58,975 nt of DNA. Source: Eledone cirrhosa (taxonomy: Eukaryota). Below the pieces are notes generated by a model. The model saw only the letters and a program-made list of their open reading frames with translations, did no database searches and was not told the DNA's origin. Location: contig CAXHJY010001042.1 in assembly GCA_964016885.1 (NCBI GenBank), positions 1-58,975 on the forward strand. Reading direction: 5' to 3'. The position numbers and the translations under genes are program-made. Of this stretch, positions 1 through 15,657 are shown in pieces. Positions within the stretch are counted from its first letter, which is position 1; each line of letters begins with the position of its first letter.

Positions 1-378
1 GTAGAGATTCCATCACTGATATTTTCTATATTTCTGTCGACATTCACTGTTTCCGTGCAAGTAGATTCATTAATCTGTTTAGTACAAACATCCTCAATAT
101 ATCTCTTATTTTTATCGCAATGGTTATTCATAGAAATGGAGATATTCCATCAAGAGAATGTTTATTTAGGTTAGCCGTCGAGCTTTTGGACAGAACTGTA
201 TTCTAGGTCTTCCTTTAATCACTCAGCTTCTAGAGTGTCCATTATAACACGTATATTATAAACAACGGACGTATGTATGGATTCATAACTCCATATGGTG
301 TCGTAGGGTCGTCGCAGTGATATACGACAAGTTTTGGGATATTTTAAATTTGGTGGAACTCATCCTACTCAACGTCTT

Positions 379-416
<38 letters not shown>

Positions 417-697
417 GGGTGGCGGGAGGGGGTTTAGGAAAGATATATAGAAGGCTAGAACGTTTTTATGAACCTCGAAAGGATGAAAGTCAAGGTTGAC
501 CTTGGCGAGTTCTGAAGTAAAGACTAAGAGAGCCGGAACACAAAGCATTCCATCTGACGTTTTAACGATTTTGCCAATTCACCGCCTCAACTTAACAAGT
601 CTATATATAGTATGTTAATTAACAGAGAAAGTGTATATAAAATATATTTATCAACATATATGTTGTGTATATATAGTGTATATTATCAACATATCAA

Positions 698-738
<41 letters not shown>

Positions 739-823
739 GTAGGTAAAGTCAATTTTTTAAAATTTAGGTAAAGTCAATTTTTTAAAATTTATTTTGAAAC
801 TTTTTCATTATTTGCTAAACCTT

Positions 824-890
<67 letters not shown>

Positions 891-1808
891 AAGGTTATAT
901 TTAATTTGTTGGAATTCAACAAACTTAAAAGTTTTATAACTGATATAAAGCACTCAACAGTTTAGTGGAGTAAATATTCATTATATTAATAAATGGAAAC
1001 TATATTTATAAAACCATAATTATTTTATTATATATATTTCAAGGGCAACCATATATATACACGCACACATACAAATATATATATAATCTGAGTTTTTCGA
1101 ATATCAATAATAATATTCGATTCGTTTGTAACTATGCAAACAGCTTCTTTGAAACCATGTCAGTAGAATGAGCCCCTCATTTTCCAAAATACACATTGAC
1201 TGATCGGCCTGATTTGCATATTAGCAGACTGGCTGATCAGTCAGATCTGCATATTAGCAGATCCACTGATCAGCCAGATTTGTACATCAGCAGACAAGCT
1301 AGTCAGTTTCCTGTATACGAGTGATTAATGACCGACTTTGCCACATTCAAATAAATAACTACAAAAAAAAAAGAGAATTATCGCTCTACATGGCTGAATA
1401 CAATAAATGTAATCTGAGTTTTTTGAATATTAATAATAATATTCGATCCGTTTGTAATTATGCAAAAAACCTTTTTTTAGCCATGTTAGTAGAATGAGCC
1501 CCTCATTCTTGCTCTAGTGTTGGCATGTAAACAGAACAGCAGACACTAATGTTTCTGGGTATTACCCTTCATCAGTGCAGTTCACTGTTCACTTGCCAAC
1601 TGTCAGAGCTAGTGAAAATATATATTTTCTAAAATATACAGTGACGAATCGAATATTATTATTAATATTCGAAATGCACTGGGTAATTGCTGGCCTTGTG
1701 CCTAAAGTAGAGACAATTATTAATATTCGAAAAACTCAGATTACATTTATCGTATTCAGCCATGTAGAGTGATAAATTTTTTTTTTTTGGGGGGGGGGGT
1801 ATTCATAT

Positions 1809-1894
<86 letters not shown>

Positions 1895-2258
1895 ATATAC
1901 ACACACACACACACACAGATATAGTTTAACTGGAAGCGTGAATATTTCATTGTCTTCTTTATGTACATTATTTTGCCTATTGGAATTGACGGAGAAACAT
2001 AAAACATATTTTGTATTTCCCCAGTGTAACATCTTCTTGTTCGGTAATATTGTATTCTGATACATTATTAAGACTTTCAAAAGCAAAAATAATTTGACGA
2101 ATTTTAAAAGCCTTTAGAGCGTTGGTATTTGATCGTGTGATCTGCGTACAAATAACGTTGAGATCAACTTTGCCTTTCATCCTTTCCAAGTCGATAAATA
2201 AAGCACTAGTTAACTACAGGGGCAGATCCTTCCCCCATTATCCCTCTTTCTCTCCCTC

Positions 2259-2322
<64 letters not shown>

Positions 2323-2338
2323 CCTCTATCTCTCTCTT

Positions 2339-2413
<75 letters not shown>

Positions 2414-2589
2414 CTCTCTCTCTCTCAGGCATCGGTGGTGTTACAACTTGGAGATGAAATACCCAAGACACATATTGTGTCAAGTCGCCGCCCTTAAAAC
2501 CCTTTCATGTGTTAAGGGTACTTATCCTAACCCCAAAGAAGAAATACAGAATTATGTGTGTTTAGATAGGTTTGTATAGATTTATGTAA

Positions 2590-2790
2590 AGGCAAGTGGT
2601 TAGGGTTTCACGATCAAAAGGTAGTGAGTTCGCTTCCTGGCAGCACGTTGTTTCCTTAAGCAGGACACTCCATTTCACGTTGTTCCAGTTCCCCTCCATG
2701 ATCGTCAAAATAAACTACCAGTGAAGTATTGAGGTCGATTTAATCAAATCCCCCCCCCCTCCCAAATACCTGGCTTTGAGGCAAAATTAG
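2590..2790 (+). mobile_element. Decayed SINE of a second family; relative at ~32150-32250
   Basis: A-box-like AAGTGGTTAGG and B-box-like GTTCG(C/A)TTCC, shared GCACGTT..GCA(G/A)GACACT.CAT.TCACG core. Confidence 0.55.
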
Positions 2791-2832
2791 AAATTATTAT
2801 GTATATATTTATATATAAATACCAACAAGGGG

Positions 2833-2919
<87 letters not shown>

Positions 2920-2945
2920 TGTAATAAACAACATAAGACAACTAT

Positions 2946-3016
2946 TCCATTTACCAAAGGTTTTACGAAGACAGATGAGCTCAACAGAGACGTCTGAAAT
3001 CGCTCATCAGAATGAA
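2946..3016 (-). ncRNA. Decayed type I hammerhead (GAAA changed to AAAA), family of 44778
   Basis: TTCATT-CTGATGA-gcga..tcgt-AAAA-cctttgg-TA-AATGGA; downstream tail resembles that after 44835. Confidence 0.6.
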
Positions 3017-3191
3017 AATTTAATATGGACTTAAGATATGAATTTAAAAACAAATGCTATTACAATTGAAAGCGAGGCTGATATATAATAAAATAAAGAC
3101 AAGAAATAAAATAAAATAACGGGAAAATATACACACTGAAGCAGAACGTAAGGTTATGGGGTAAAAATAAATAAATAAATATATATATATG

Positions 3192-3264
<73 letters not shown>

Positions 3265-3337
3265 GGTGTGGGATGCTTAAAGCGTCCGTATGCGGTAGGC
3301 CGTTTGAGCACTCGATGCTTTTAAAGAGCAGAGTATA

Positions 3338-3673
3338 ATATCACATAAGAAACGGAGAATCAGTGGTCCGACTAATAATTTATTAGATATATTACATTCG
3401 TTTCTCTGGCGACCAGCTCAAGGCACGATGGATGCAATGATCGAACCTGACTCTGAAATCGCAAGGTCCTCAGATACGTCTCGATTCTTCGAAGCAGAGT
3501 TTCCAAATTTGGAATCGAGAAGAATCGAGACGTATCTGAGGACCTTGCGATTTCAGAGTCAGGTTCGATCATTGCATCGATCGTGCCTCGAGCGGGTCGC
3601 CAGAGAAACGATTGTAATATGTCTAATACATTTTATTCGTCGCACCACTGATTCTCCGTTTCTTATGTGATAT
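3338..3673. repeat. Imperfect fold-back palindrome carrying a hammerhead on each arm
   Basis: ~150-bp arms with several mismatches; + arm HHR 3529-3623: GACGTAT-CTGAGGA-long stem II-GAAA-CGATTG-TA-ATATGTC. Confidence 0.85.
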
Positions 3674-3741
3674 ATATATATATATTAATTCATGTGCTTG
3701 TTGCCAATTTCTATGTTTAGTCCTAGATTTGTTGCTTCTTT

Positions 3742-3799
<58 letters not shown>

Positions 3800-3803
<4 letters not shown>

Positions 3804-5810
3804 AAAGAAGCAACAATATATATATATATACCTAAAGAACCAACAAATCTAGGACTAAACATAGAAATTGGCAACAAGCACATGAATTAATTGAACAGAA
3901 TACTAATAACTATAGAAGATCTAGAGATAGAAAGTACTTGTGGTTCAATCCAGTCTTTAACTCCTCTATAAAAACAAAACTACCTTATTCTTTCTTCAAA
4001 TTAGTTGACAAACACTTCCCTAAAATTCATAAATATCATAAAATCTTTAATAGCAAATCTATCAAACTGTCATACTCCACTGCCAACAACGTAGAATCGC
4101 AGATACAAAAAATTAACTACAAAAGAATTTATAATACAAGTGGCCCGCAAATAAGTACCATAGCACCAAATACAAAACATAAACATATAACATCATCACA
4201 ACCAAACCCACGTCAGAACACATCACCACAATACGTCAAGAAACCCAATTCTCAGCCCATACATAACAATTTACAAAACCATTTTGAAGAACCGGCACAT
4301 AGGAAAGAATCTAAATGTAATTGTCATCTACCTGACAAATGCCCATTACAAAATAGACGCCTAGAGTCTAATATAGTATACCTATGTATTATAAATTCAG
4401 GCAGCTTAGCATGGCACTACATAGATCTACAGCTGGAGAATTTAAGAAAATGTGGTATGTACACAGACACTCTATGAATAACAGGAAGCTCATAAATACC
4501 ACAACTCTCGCCAATAAAATCTGGCAACTCAGAGATGCAAACATAGAATATAAAATCAGCTAGACGAAGCTATTAACAGCAACGGCCTATCGAATTGGCA
4601 TGTCCCACTGTGGTCTTTGTAATATGGAGCTTTTCCAAATTTTAAAGTACAACAAAATGCTACTTAACAGTAAAATTGAAAGAACTATCTACTGTAGACA
4701 TAAAACGGCGACCAAATTTGAGAACTTTAGACTAGCTTAATTCATCTTATCTATTCCATAACCTAAATTGTACCACTTATATCATTTATAATATCACATC
4801 ATCATCATTATTGTTATAATTGTCACCATCTATCAATGAACCAACATCAAAACCTCTTATATTTACATTCATATTTTATGTATCCCTATCTTTCTATCTC
4901 TATTTCTCTCCCTAAATTTATTTCATCCCTAGTATTGTATCTTGTCACATCATTTTCACTTCTAATATAACATACAACTAATTAATCAAATAATTAATTA
5001 ATTATATAATTAATTTATTAAAATAACCAATACACACATAAATATATTTAACATTATCATATTTATACCTTCGCATCTCTCTATATTTTAACCACTTTCA
5101 ATAATCTTTATATGTTTAAATTTCTTCGCACATTTTTACTTATTTATTTTCATATTTTCATATTTTCATATTTCATATTTTGTATCATTTTGTATCATAC
5201 TCGATATAATTTGTTTATTTATTCATTTATTTATTTATTCACATTTATTCATGTATTAACATTTATTCATTTATTGTTAATATCATTTTTTTCTCTTACA
5301 TCATTTCTCCTCTATCCTTTTCTCTCCTCTTTCTATCCTCCTTTCGCTACATCTTTTTTTCTCTCTATATCTTTCTCTGTTTTCATTTCTTTTTTTCTTT
5401 TTCTTTTTCTTTTTCTTTTTCTTTTTCTTTTTCTTTTTCTTTTTCTTTTTCTTTTTCTTTTTCTTTTTCTTTTTCTTTTTCTTTTTCTTTTTCTTTTCTT
5501 TTTATTTTCCCTTTTTCTTTCTTTCTTTCCTTTATCTATCTCTCTTTCTTTCTTTTGTTGTTTCTCTATCTTTATTACTAATATTATTATTGATGCTGTG
5601 ATTTGAATTTGTAGATTTGCCGGTTATATATTTTTTATAACAGTTTCTGATGACATGATTGAGCTAGCATCGTATTTAAAATTGAGTGGCACTGCTTCTA
5701 ATGTTCAGCAATTTTTAGACAACTCAATCAGAGAAACAATTGTTAGACTGTAAATAAATTCCCCTTTTTTTGTACTGTTGACCATGTTATTCTTCACATT
5801 TTTCCAATTA
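3800..5810 (+). mobile_element. 5'-truncated decayed PLE (thumb end, linker, GIY-YIG, 3' UTR, HHR) with a short inverted 5' arm at 3683-3745
   Basis: WFNPVFNS..KHFP..HKIFN..IKLSYST..N, CNC..CPL, NIVY, CGLC..E, LLN..CRH; frameshifts and stops. Confidence 0.85.
5640..5751 (+). ncRNA. Type I hammerhead with extended stem II
   Basis: ACAGTTT-CTGATGA-..TGATTGAG(~60 nt)CTCAATCA..-GAAA-CAATTG-TT-AGACTGT. Confidence 0.8.
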
Positions 5811-5879
5811 TATATATATATATATATATATAATAACCCTAGGAATAATACTTCGCGTAATGAGCTAATCGGTAATACC

Positions 5880-7525
5880 CGTAAGTGTAATTGTAGAATA
5901 AGTAATAGCTGCCCTTAAAATGGTTACTGCCTCTCTAGAAATATTGTCTATGCATGCGATGTTGGGACTAATTCTTCTTGTAAAACATATATAGGCTCCA
6001 CATCTAATACATTTAAAACGAGATTTAATTCGCATGTATCTAACTTTAAGCACATCAAATTTAAAAACTCAACTTCTCTGGCGCAACATATTTGGGATTT
6101 AAAAGGGACTGGTATACCGTACAGTCTCCATTGGCGTATTGTAGCCCATTCTAACCGCTATTCCACCCACGCTAAATTCTGTAATCTTTGCACTCTAGAG
6201 ACCCATAGTATAATTTTCTCTAAGAACGTATTGCTTAATAGGAAATCGGAAATTTTTTCTTCCTGTCCACATGCTATCTCTAATTCCTTCTTCTATTATA
6301 AACCTAAAAGCTCAGGTAGTTAAATTTTTTGGAATCATACCTTCCTACTCTGGTTTGGACGTCTTATCTAGATATCTTTTATATTTTATATTTTTAATTT
6401 TTATTTTTATTCTTATTTTTATTATTATTATTTTTCTACGGTTTATTGATTTTAGTTTTCTAGTTCTTTTAGCTGTTTTAGCCTATTTATTACCTTGTCC
6501 ATTATTATATTTTTACTCATCCTTTGTCGACTTATATATTTCTATCTTTATATTCATCCTTGGTTGGAGTGTACCTTATTGCCTCCTTGAATAGCTAATA
6601 GTTTAATTTTAGCCTTCTACATCTACGGCTAATGAACCTTATTCTTTCCACACTTAATCTTCGCCTTATTGAATATATATATATATATTATACTTTTATG
6701 TTCCTTCTTGTCCTCCATAGTTTTACTTCTTTCTGTTCCCCTTTGTCTACCATAGTTTTAATTGTAATTTTTACTTTGGATAACGTCAGTCATCGCAACG
6801 GAAATCAATATATCTACGATGATTGCATTAGCTTATTTATTGAAATAACTTAATCTCTAGCGACATTGGTGACTTAAATGTTGTTCCATATGGAGTGCCA
6901 CATAATGTTTATTCAACTACTATACGATTAATTAAATTAATTAGGGTTTCAATTCAATTTTTTGATTTTGAATAGTTGTATCTTTTATTTTCACCTAACA
7001 GTCCGTTGAGCCTACGCGATTTTGTGTTTGTGTTTGTTTTTTGTTTTCGTTTTGTTTTGCTATCTTAGGCTTTGCTTCTGTCTGTCGTTCCTATCTTCTG
7101 TCACTTATGTCCATGAATATATTGTGTAAATATGTCTTTAAAACTTTCTCCCTTGCTATTGTGTGTCTGCTATTGAAATATTAATATGTAATATTATATG
7201 TATTTGAATTATATGTATGTGTCTCGTATTGAAATATTGATATGTAATATTATATGTTTTTGAGTTGCCTATATCTCCGTATATTTATTATCTTTATATT
7301 TATATATATATATATTTTCACCATACTTTATTGTATTGTATGGTATTATTATTGGGACGAAACATTGTCACCAATTAAAGATTTTTGATGTATTAAGGCT
7401 TCTTTGTTAATTTTTATATAAATTTTTTCGGCTCTGTTTGATAGCATTAAGCTATATCTTAGACTGTCATTTCTCTAATATGACGAGTGTGTTTAACTCT
7501 AACGCACTCAAGTATTTTTATCTTA
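5880..7525 (+). mobile_element. PLE 3' fragment (GIY-YIG remnant 5880-6310 plus 3' region)
   Basis: Manual translation KCNCRISNSCP*NGYCLSRNIVY..TYIGSTSNTFKTRFNSH..TSLAQHIWDLK..CNLCTLE..LLNRKSE; 3' boundary inferred. Confidence 0.8.
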
Positions 7526-7539
7526 TATATATATATATG

Positions 7540-7570
<31 letters not shown>

Positions 7571-7584
7571 GTATATATATGTAT

Positions 7585-7641
7585 ATGAGATTCCTGATGA
7601 TTTCTAATGAATGAAACAGTTCTAGTCCTGTAGAATCTCAT
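7585..7641 (+). ncRNA. Type I hammerhead with full stem III in a short TA-embedded insert (7585-7722)
   Basis: ATGAGATTC-CTGATGA-ttc taat gaa-GAAA-CAG ttctagtc CTG-TA-GAATCTCAT; 9-bp stem I. Confidence 0.88.
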
Positions 7642-7730
7642 CTATATTAAAACTGTTATACTCTGCTATGTATTGAGTACCTTACTTACTGTGGTTACCT
7701 CCGATTCAACCCGGAATAACGTATATATAT

Positions 7731-7897
<167 letters not shown>

Positions 7898-8005
7898 GAT
7901 ATATATAAGATAAAAATACTTGAGTGCGTTAGAGTTAAACACTCGTCATATTAGAGAAATGACAGTATAAGATATAGATCAATGCTATCAAACAGAGCCG
8001 AAAAC

Positions 8006-10296
<2,291 letters not shown>

Positions 10297-10380
10297 ATGT
10301 ATGTACGTATTATTTTTTATGTGTGTGTGTGTGTGTATATAAATATTGTGTGTATTTATGTGTGTATATATATGTATGTG

Positions 10381-10414
<34 letters not shown>

Positions 10415-11356
10415 TGTATGTATGTATGTATGTATGTATGTATGTATGTATATATATATATATATATAATATATATATGTACATACATACATACATACAT
10501 ACATATATACACATACATATATATACACACATAAATACCCACAATATATATATATACACATACACACACATAAAAAAATTGATTTTTTTTTTGTGAATGT
10601 TTCCTATCTTGATTGAACTATCTGAATGTTCAAAATATTCTTCTCAAATAAAATGTATAAGTACGTCCTTGTCTTAACTATATATTGAAAATGTAAACAC
10701 AAAATTCTTCGTAACCCCTAACATATATAAAAATATTTAAATTATCTATCTGTGAAAATAACAACATATATACTCACCAAAAATATTTATATAATACTTA
10801 TATAAATAACCCGTTGTAATATAATAAACTAAAATGTACTTACAACCTTAAAATATACTTATAAATATTATCTATAAAACATTATAACTCATGATTTGAA
10901 TAGATCCAATAATTAGTCGTATATCTCAATTTTTTTTTAATTTTAAATTGGTATTCTACCACTTCAACGCATTCTTAACTCATTATATGATTATATAATT
11001 AAATAATTAAATATATCACTCTCTTTACACCATCACTGGTATTATCCATACAATTTTATCTTAATAATAATAGAGTATTTCTAACTATAATTTTTTTCTT
11101 ATAATCATTCCTTATATTTTCTTACACCCTAATATTAATATTAGCTTCTCTTTTTTTTTTCCATTTATAAATTATCCTAATAATTATTTAAATTTACCTA
11201 GCGTCTAAATATAACGATCTTTTTTCAGCCTTACCTTTCAACCTCATTTACATATTCATCCTAAAGATTTGAAATTTTTCTTTCACTATCCAAACTGAAC
11301 CTGAACCGATAAGGTCTGGTTTCTTGGGTATGTCACCATTTATAAAACAAATTTTG

Positions 11357-11417
11357 TATTTTATCTGATGAGTGCGTACCAAAATTTTGGTACTCTTGAA
11401 ATATATTTAATAAAATA
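11357..11417 (+). ncRNA. Type I hammerhead; family copies at 20220-20284, 23220-23284 (inverse 23013-23077), 34234-34296 and a half copy at 887-1050 (-)
   Basis: TATTTT(A/G)T-CTGA(T/A)GA-stem II-GAAA-TATATA-TA-AT(A/G)AAATA; shared downstream tail AAATATGGTTTTATAAATATAGTTTCCATTT. Confidence 0.8.
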
Positions 11418-11458
11418 AATATGGTTTTATAAATATAGTTTCCATTTATTAATATCAT

Positions 11459-11544
<86 letters not shown>

Positions 11545-11630
11545 GTAGGTCCCGGGTTGAGTCGGGGATAACCACAGTAAGTAAGGTACTCAATACATGG
11601 CAGAGTAAAATATATTTATTGTATAGAAGG

Positions 11631-11681
11631 AGCTTCTACAGGACTAGTACTGTTTCATTCAGATAAAATTTTCAGGAAGCT
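11631..11681 (-). ncRNA. Hammerhead of the 7585 family with a G8A core change
   Basis: AGCTTC-CTGAAAA-..-GAAA-CAG tactagtc CTG-TA-GAAGCT; same downstream tail as 7642-7720. Confidence 0.7.
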
Positions 11682-12204
11682 GGGTGTCATATTAAGTTCT
11701 GGTATTTATACATTTAGGTAGTGGTAAGGGAGGGGTGGTGGCTGGGGGGGATTTTTGGGGTAGGATCGTATTTAGATACACAGGGCCACAACATGGCACA
11801 GGCCGTTTTTTCTTTGGGGAGTGGTCAATTAGCCAGAGTGCTTTTGTAAAATAAAAGGAAAAGAAAAAGAAAAAGTAAATAAATAAGTAAATAAATAAAT
11901 AAATAAATGAATAAATAGATAAATGAATAAATAAATAAAAATAAATAAAAATAAATAAAAACCCCAAGAATAGTAATTCAACAGATATATAGTAGGGAAA
12001 TTTTTTTAAGTGGGTTGGTATTAGAAGATAAACAAGACCGAATCATGGTACAGACTGAGGTGAGTGGTCAAGTTAACATACAAGCTACAGGTGGCCAGAC
12101 TGTTTTTGTAGAATGGAAAGAATAAATTATATTTACATACTCACAACCACATACATAAACACTTACACACACATATATATATGCATATCTATACATATAT
12201 ATAT

Positions 12205-12495
12205 GAATAAAAAATGGCGTAGACTTACAACACAACAGGAGGAACAATGAATATAACACCACTGACGATGTTGCAGATGTGCAACGAAAGATCTATGTAA
12301 ATTATGTAAACTATATATATGTGTTTGTGTCTATATTGTATCTGTATTATTTTTGACCGCCGGTCAGTCAATGGCAACATTGAGGACCGAGTAAGTTAGA
12401 TCGCAGATATAAAAGACAGCGAGAAGCGAAAACCAACCAAACAGTGAGTGTGTTCTGTTATTAATTCTGGCAATATTACGCAAATATGACCCTCC

Positions 12496-12497
<2 letters not shown>
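12205..12497 (+). mobile_element. Solo 3' terminal repeat (pLTR) of the 14507-19797 PLE family
   Basis: Closely matches 19443-19740; HHR-like core CTGACGA-GTTGCA gatg TGCAAC-GAAA-GATC-TA at 12262-12295. Confidence 0.88.
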
Positions 12498-12542
<45 letters not shown>

Positions 12543-12886
12543 CATATATATATATATATACACACAAGAAAGAAGCACATACACACAAATATACACACAC
12601 ACACGCATACACATACACACACATATATATGCATACACACACACACATATATATATATATACACACATACATACATATATACACATACACATGTGTATAT
12701 ACACATATATATATACACATACATGTCTGTATGTCTCTCGGTATAAACTATACTATACATACATATACATACATATATATACACACACATACATACATAC
12801 ACATACATACACACACACAAACACATACATACACACATATACATATATATATATACACACATACATACACATACATATATATACAC

Positions 12887-12917
<31 letters not shown>

Positions 12918-13374
12918 CACACATACACACATATATGCACACACGCATACATACACATACACACATACAAATACATACACATAAACACATATACACATAC
13001 ACGCACTCGTTCGCACACATATATGTATTTATAATATATTGGGAAAAAGTAGTGGGACAAATTATAAACTGAGCCTGATAGAAGATTAAAATAATTATTA
13101 TCACTACTAAGTTATTAATATTATCATCAAGTAATTAATTATTATTTATTTATTTATTATTTACCATTCACTATTCATTACCTATCTTTTATCTTTTATC
13201 TATTCATTACTTAATCATTCACTTATTAATAAATAAATAAATGAGTTAACTAACAAACAAACAAACAAACAGATAAACAAATAAACAAATAAATAAATAA
13301 ATAAATAAATAAACAAATAAATAAATAAATAGATAAATAAATAAATAAAATAACTAAATAAATAAATAAATATA

Positions 13375-13409
<35 letters not shown>

Positions 13410-13419
13410 AATAACTAAC

Positions 13420-13458
<39 letters not shown>

Positions 13459-13719
13459 ATATACAAATAAATATATAAATAAATAAATAAATCTCGAACG
13501 TGTGCGTGCAGCAGTTCATAACTGCACGTATGCAAACATGAGCAGATATATACGTGAATTTGTGTGTGCGGCCACGGAACCTTACTCAGAGGCATACAAC
13601 ACAATATATAAGACCTGGAGGGGAGGAAAGAAGGTAATAATGAGAGATGGAGGGACGGAAGTGGGATGGGGGACGGGGGTGGGGTGGTGATATGGGGGGG
13701 GGGGCAGTCGGGGAGCCGG

Positions 13720-14258
13720 GTGGGTCTGTAGTTTTTGTAATTTGCATAGTTCTTGTGCATGCAATTAGGGGAGTGTTCCGAGATCTTGTTGAGGAGAGGG
13801 ACTTTGGCGAATAGAATCTCATAGCTCTCGGAGATACAGAGGTCACAGCAATTATGGCCTCCCGTGTAGGATCGCGCTCTCTGGAGGAGTCTCTATTGGG
13901 TCGTGAAGGGGATGGAGTTCCTTTTAAGGTGCCAGATGTGGGCGGCGAGAGTTGTTTAGTTAGATTTGTCTCGGCGCCGGAACGAATGTGTGTGGGCGTA
14001 CCAGCGAGTCTTAAAACTGTTAGAAGTCATCCCGATGTACGAGTTTCTTTTTTCATCGGGGCCTGAGAGTACATCGCATATATAGACGAGATCTTTTTTT
14101 AGACAGTTGTTGTTGAGGGGGCAGGTAGTCTTATCAGGGCAATTGCAATTGCCATCGGTTGCTGGATGGGCTTCGGAAAAAGTAGACTTATTTAGCTTCT
14201 TGACGTTATTGTTGACTAAGTTCCTAGCTAGATTAGGTGTGGTAGAGTAGGAGAGTTA
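13720..14258 (-). pseudogene. PLE linker and GIY-YIG endonuclease remnant
   Basis: Manual translation LSYSTTPNL..CNCPDKTTCPLNNNCL..LVY..SYIGMTSNSFKTRW..H..TTLAAHIWHLK..CDLCISE..LLNK, two stops. Confidence 0.85.
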
Positions 14259-14328
14259 TATATATATATATGTTGATTTAAAACTGCACTATCCACAAGT
14301 GTTTTTTAGCCTTCATATCATGTTCTCC

Positions 14329-14399
14329 TGTTTTATCTGATGAAAACACAAATATTATTGCATGATGATGTTTGTTTTTGAAATGCGCATAATAAAATA
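14329..14399 (+). ncRNA. Type I hammerhead in a short TA-embedded insert
   Basis: TGTTTTAT-CTGATGA-stem II-GAAA-TGCGCA-TA-ATAAAATA. Confidence 0.82.
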
Positions 14400-14440
14400 C
14401 AAATAAAATACATGGAACTCCTTTAACCATCTTTTGATCT

Positions 14441-14510
<70 letters not shown>

Positions 14511-15657
14511 ATATTTGGGGAGGGTCATATTTGCGTAATATTGCCAGAATTAATAACAGAACACACTCACTGTTTGGTTGGTTTTCGCTTCTCGCTGTCT
14601 TTTATATATATATATCTGCGATCTAACTTACTCGGTCCTCAATGTTGCCATTGACTGACCGGCGGTCAAAAATAATACAGATACAATATAGACAAACACA
14701 TATATATATAGTTTACATAATTTACATAAATCTTTCGTTGCACATCTGCAACATCGTCAGTGGTGTTATATTCATTGTTCCTCCTGTTGTGTTGTATGTC
14801 TACGCCATTTTTTTTGTTCAGTCTGTCTATATATTTATTTATTTATTTGCTTGTTTGTTTATCTTATTTTATTTTGTCTTCTTTGCGCATGCGTTTGCGT
14901 GTGTGTATAGTGTTATGTGTGATGTGTGACTAGTGTGTATAGTGTTGTGTCTGCTGGGTGACTAGTGTGTGTTTATGTGCTTGTGTATGTATTTATTTAT
15001 CTTATTTTATTTTATTTTATTTACTTATTTATTTATACTTCTCTTAGGTCAGTGTTGTTTGTTTGGGTGTTGTTGTTGTTCCACTCATTCTTTCTGTTTA
15101 GCTTTGGTCTTCTAATTTCTATTTCACTGGCCTCTCTGATTTGCCTATCTGCTGGGTCATTCCTATGTTTAGATATTATTCTAATTTCTATGTTGTCTAT
15201 GTTACCGTCATGTTGTTGTCTAGCATGTTCGTATAGTACTGACCCGTTTTTTCGTCCTTTTAGTTCCCCCCAGTTGTCGTGTTTCTGCAAGTACCCTCTG
15301 TACATCTTATGCTATAGACTACGTTTCTAGTTTTACAGTTTATCCGGGGGTTCACCTTACATATGATACATTTCCTATTGGTACAGTGGGTTTTCTTAAA
15401 AGGGTAGGTTTTGCTGATCAGGGATTTTATGGTGGTTCCTGGCTTTTCTACCACCTTTATTTTTAAGTGGGTCTTTCTCAGGGCCTTTCTACACTGGTTA
15501 GCTAATTTCCCTCCAGGGGTGGCGTCCACAAACATGACACTCTGATATCTCTGGTTGTCGTACCATGATGTGGCCTTCCCTATCTTATGTCTAGCCCTAT
15601 CTAAGCTATTCCATGATTTGCTCCTGTATAGTGGGCAAATTCCTTTCATGTCCAGTT

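Noticed and set aside
15613-15657. ATG 15613 as the native PLE start
   Set aside because: Lies within the inverted arm; the native start is at 19729
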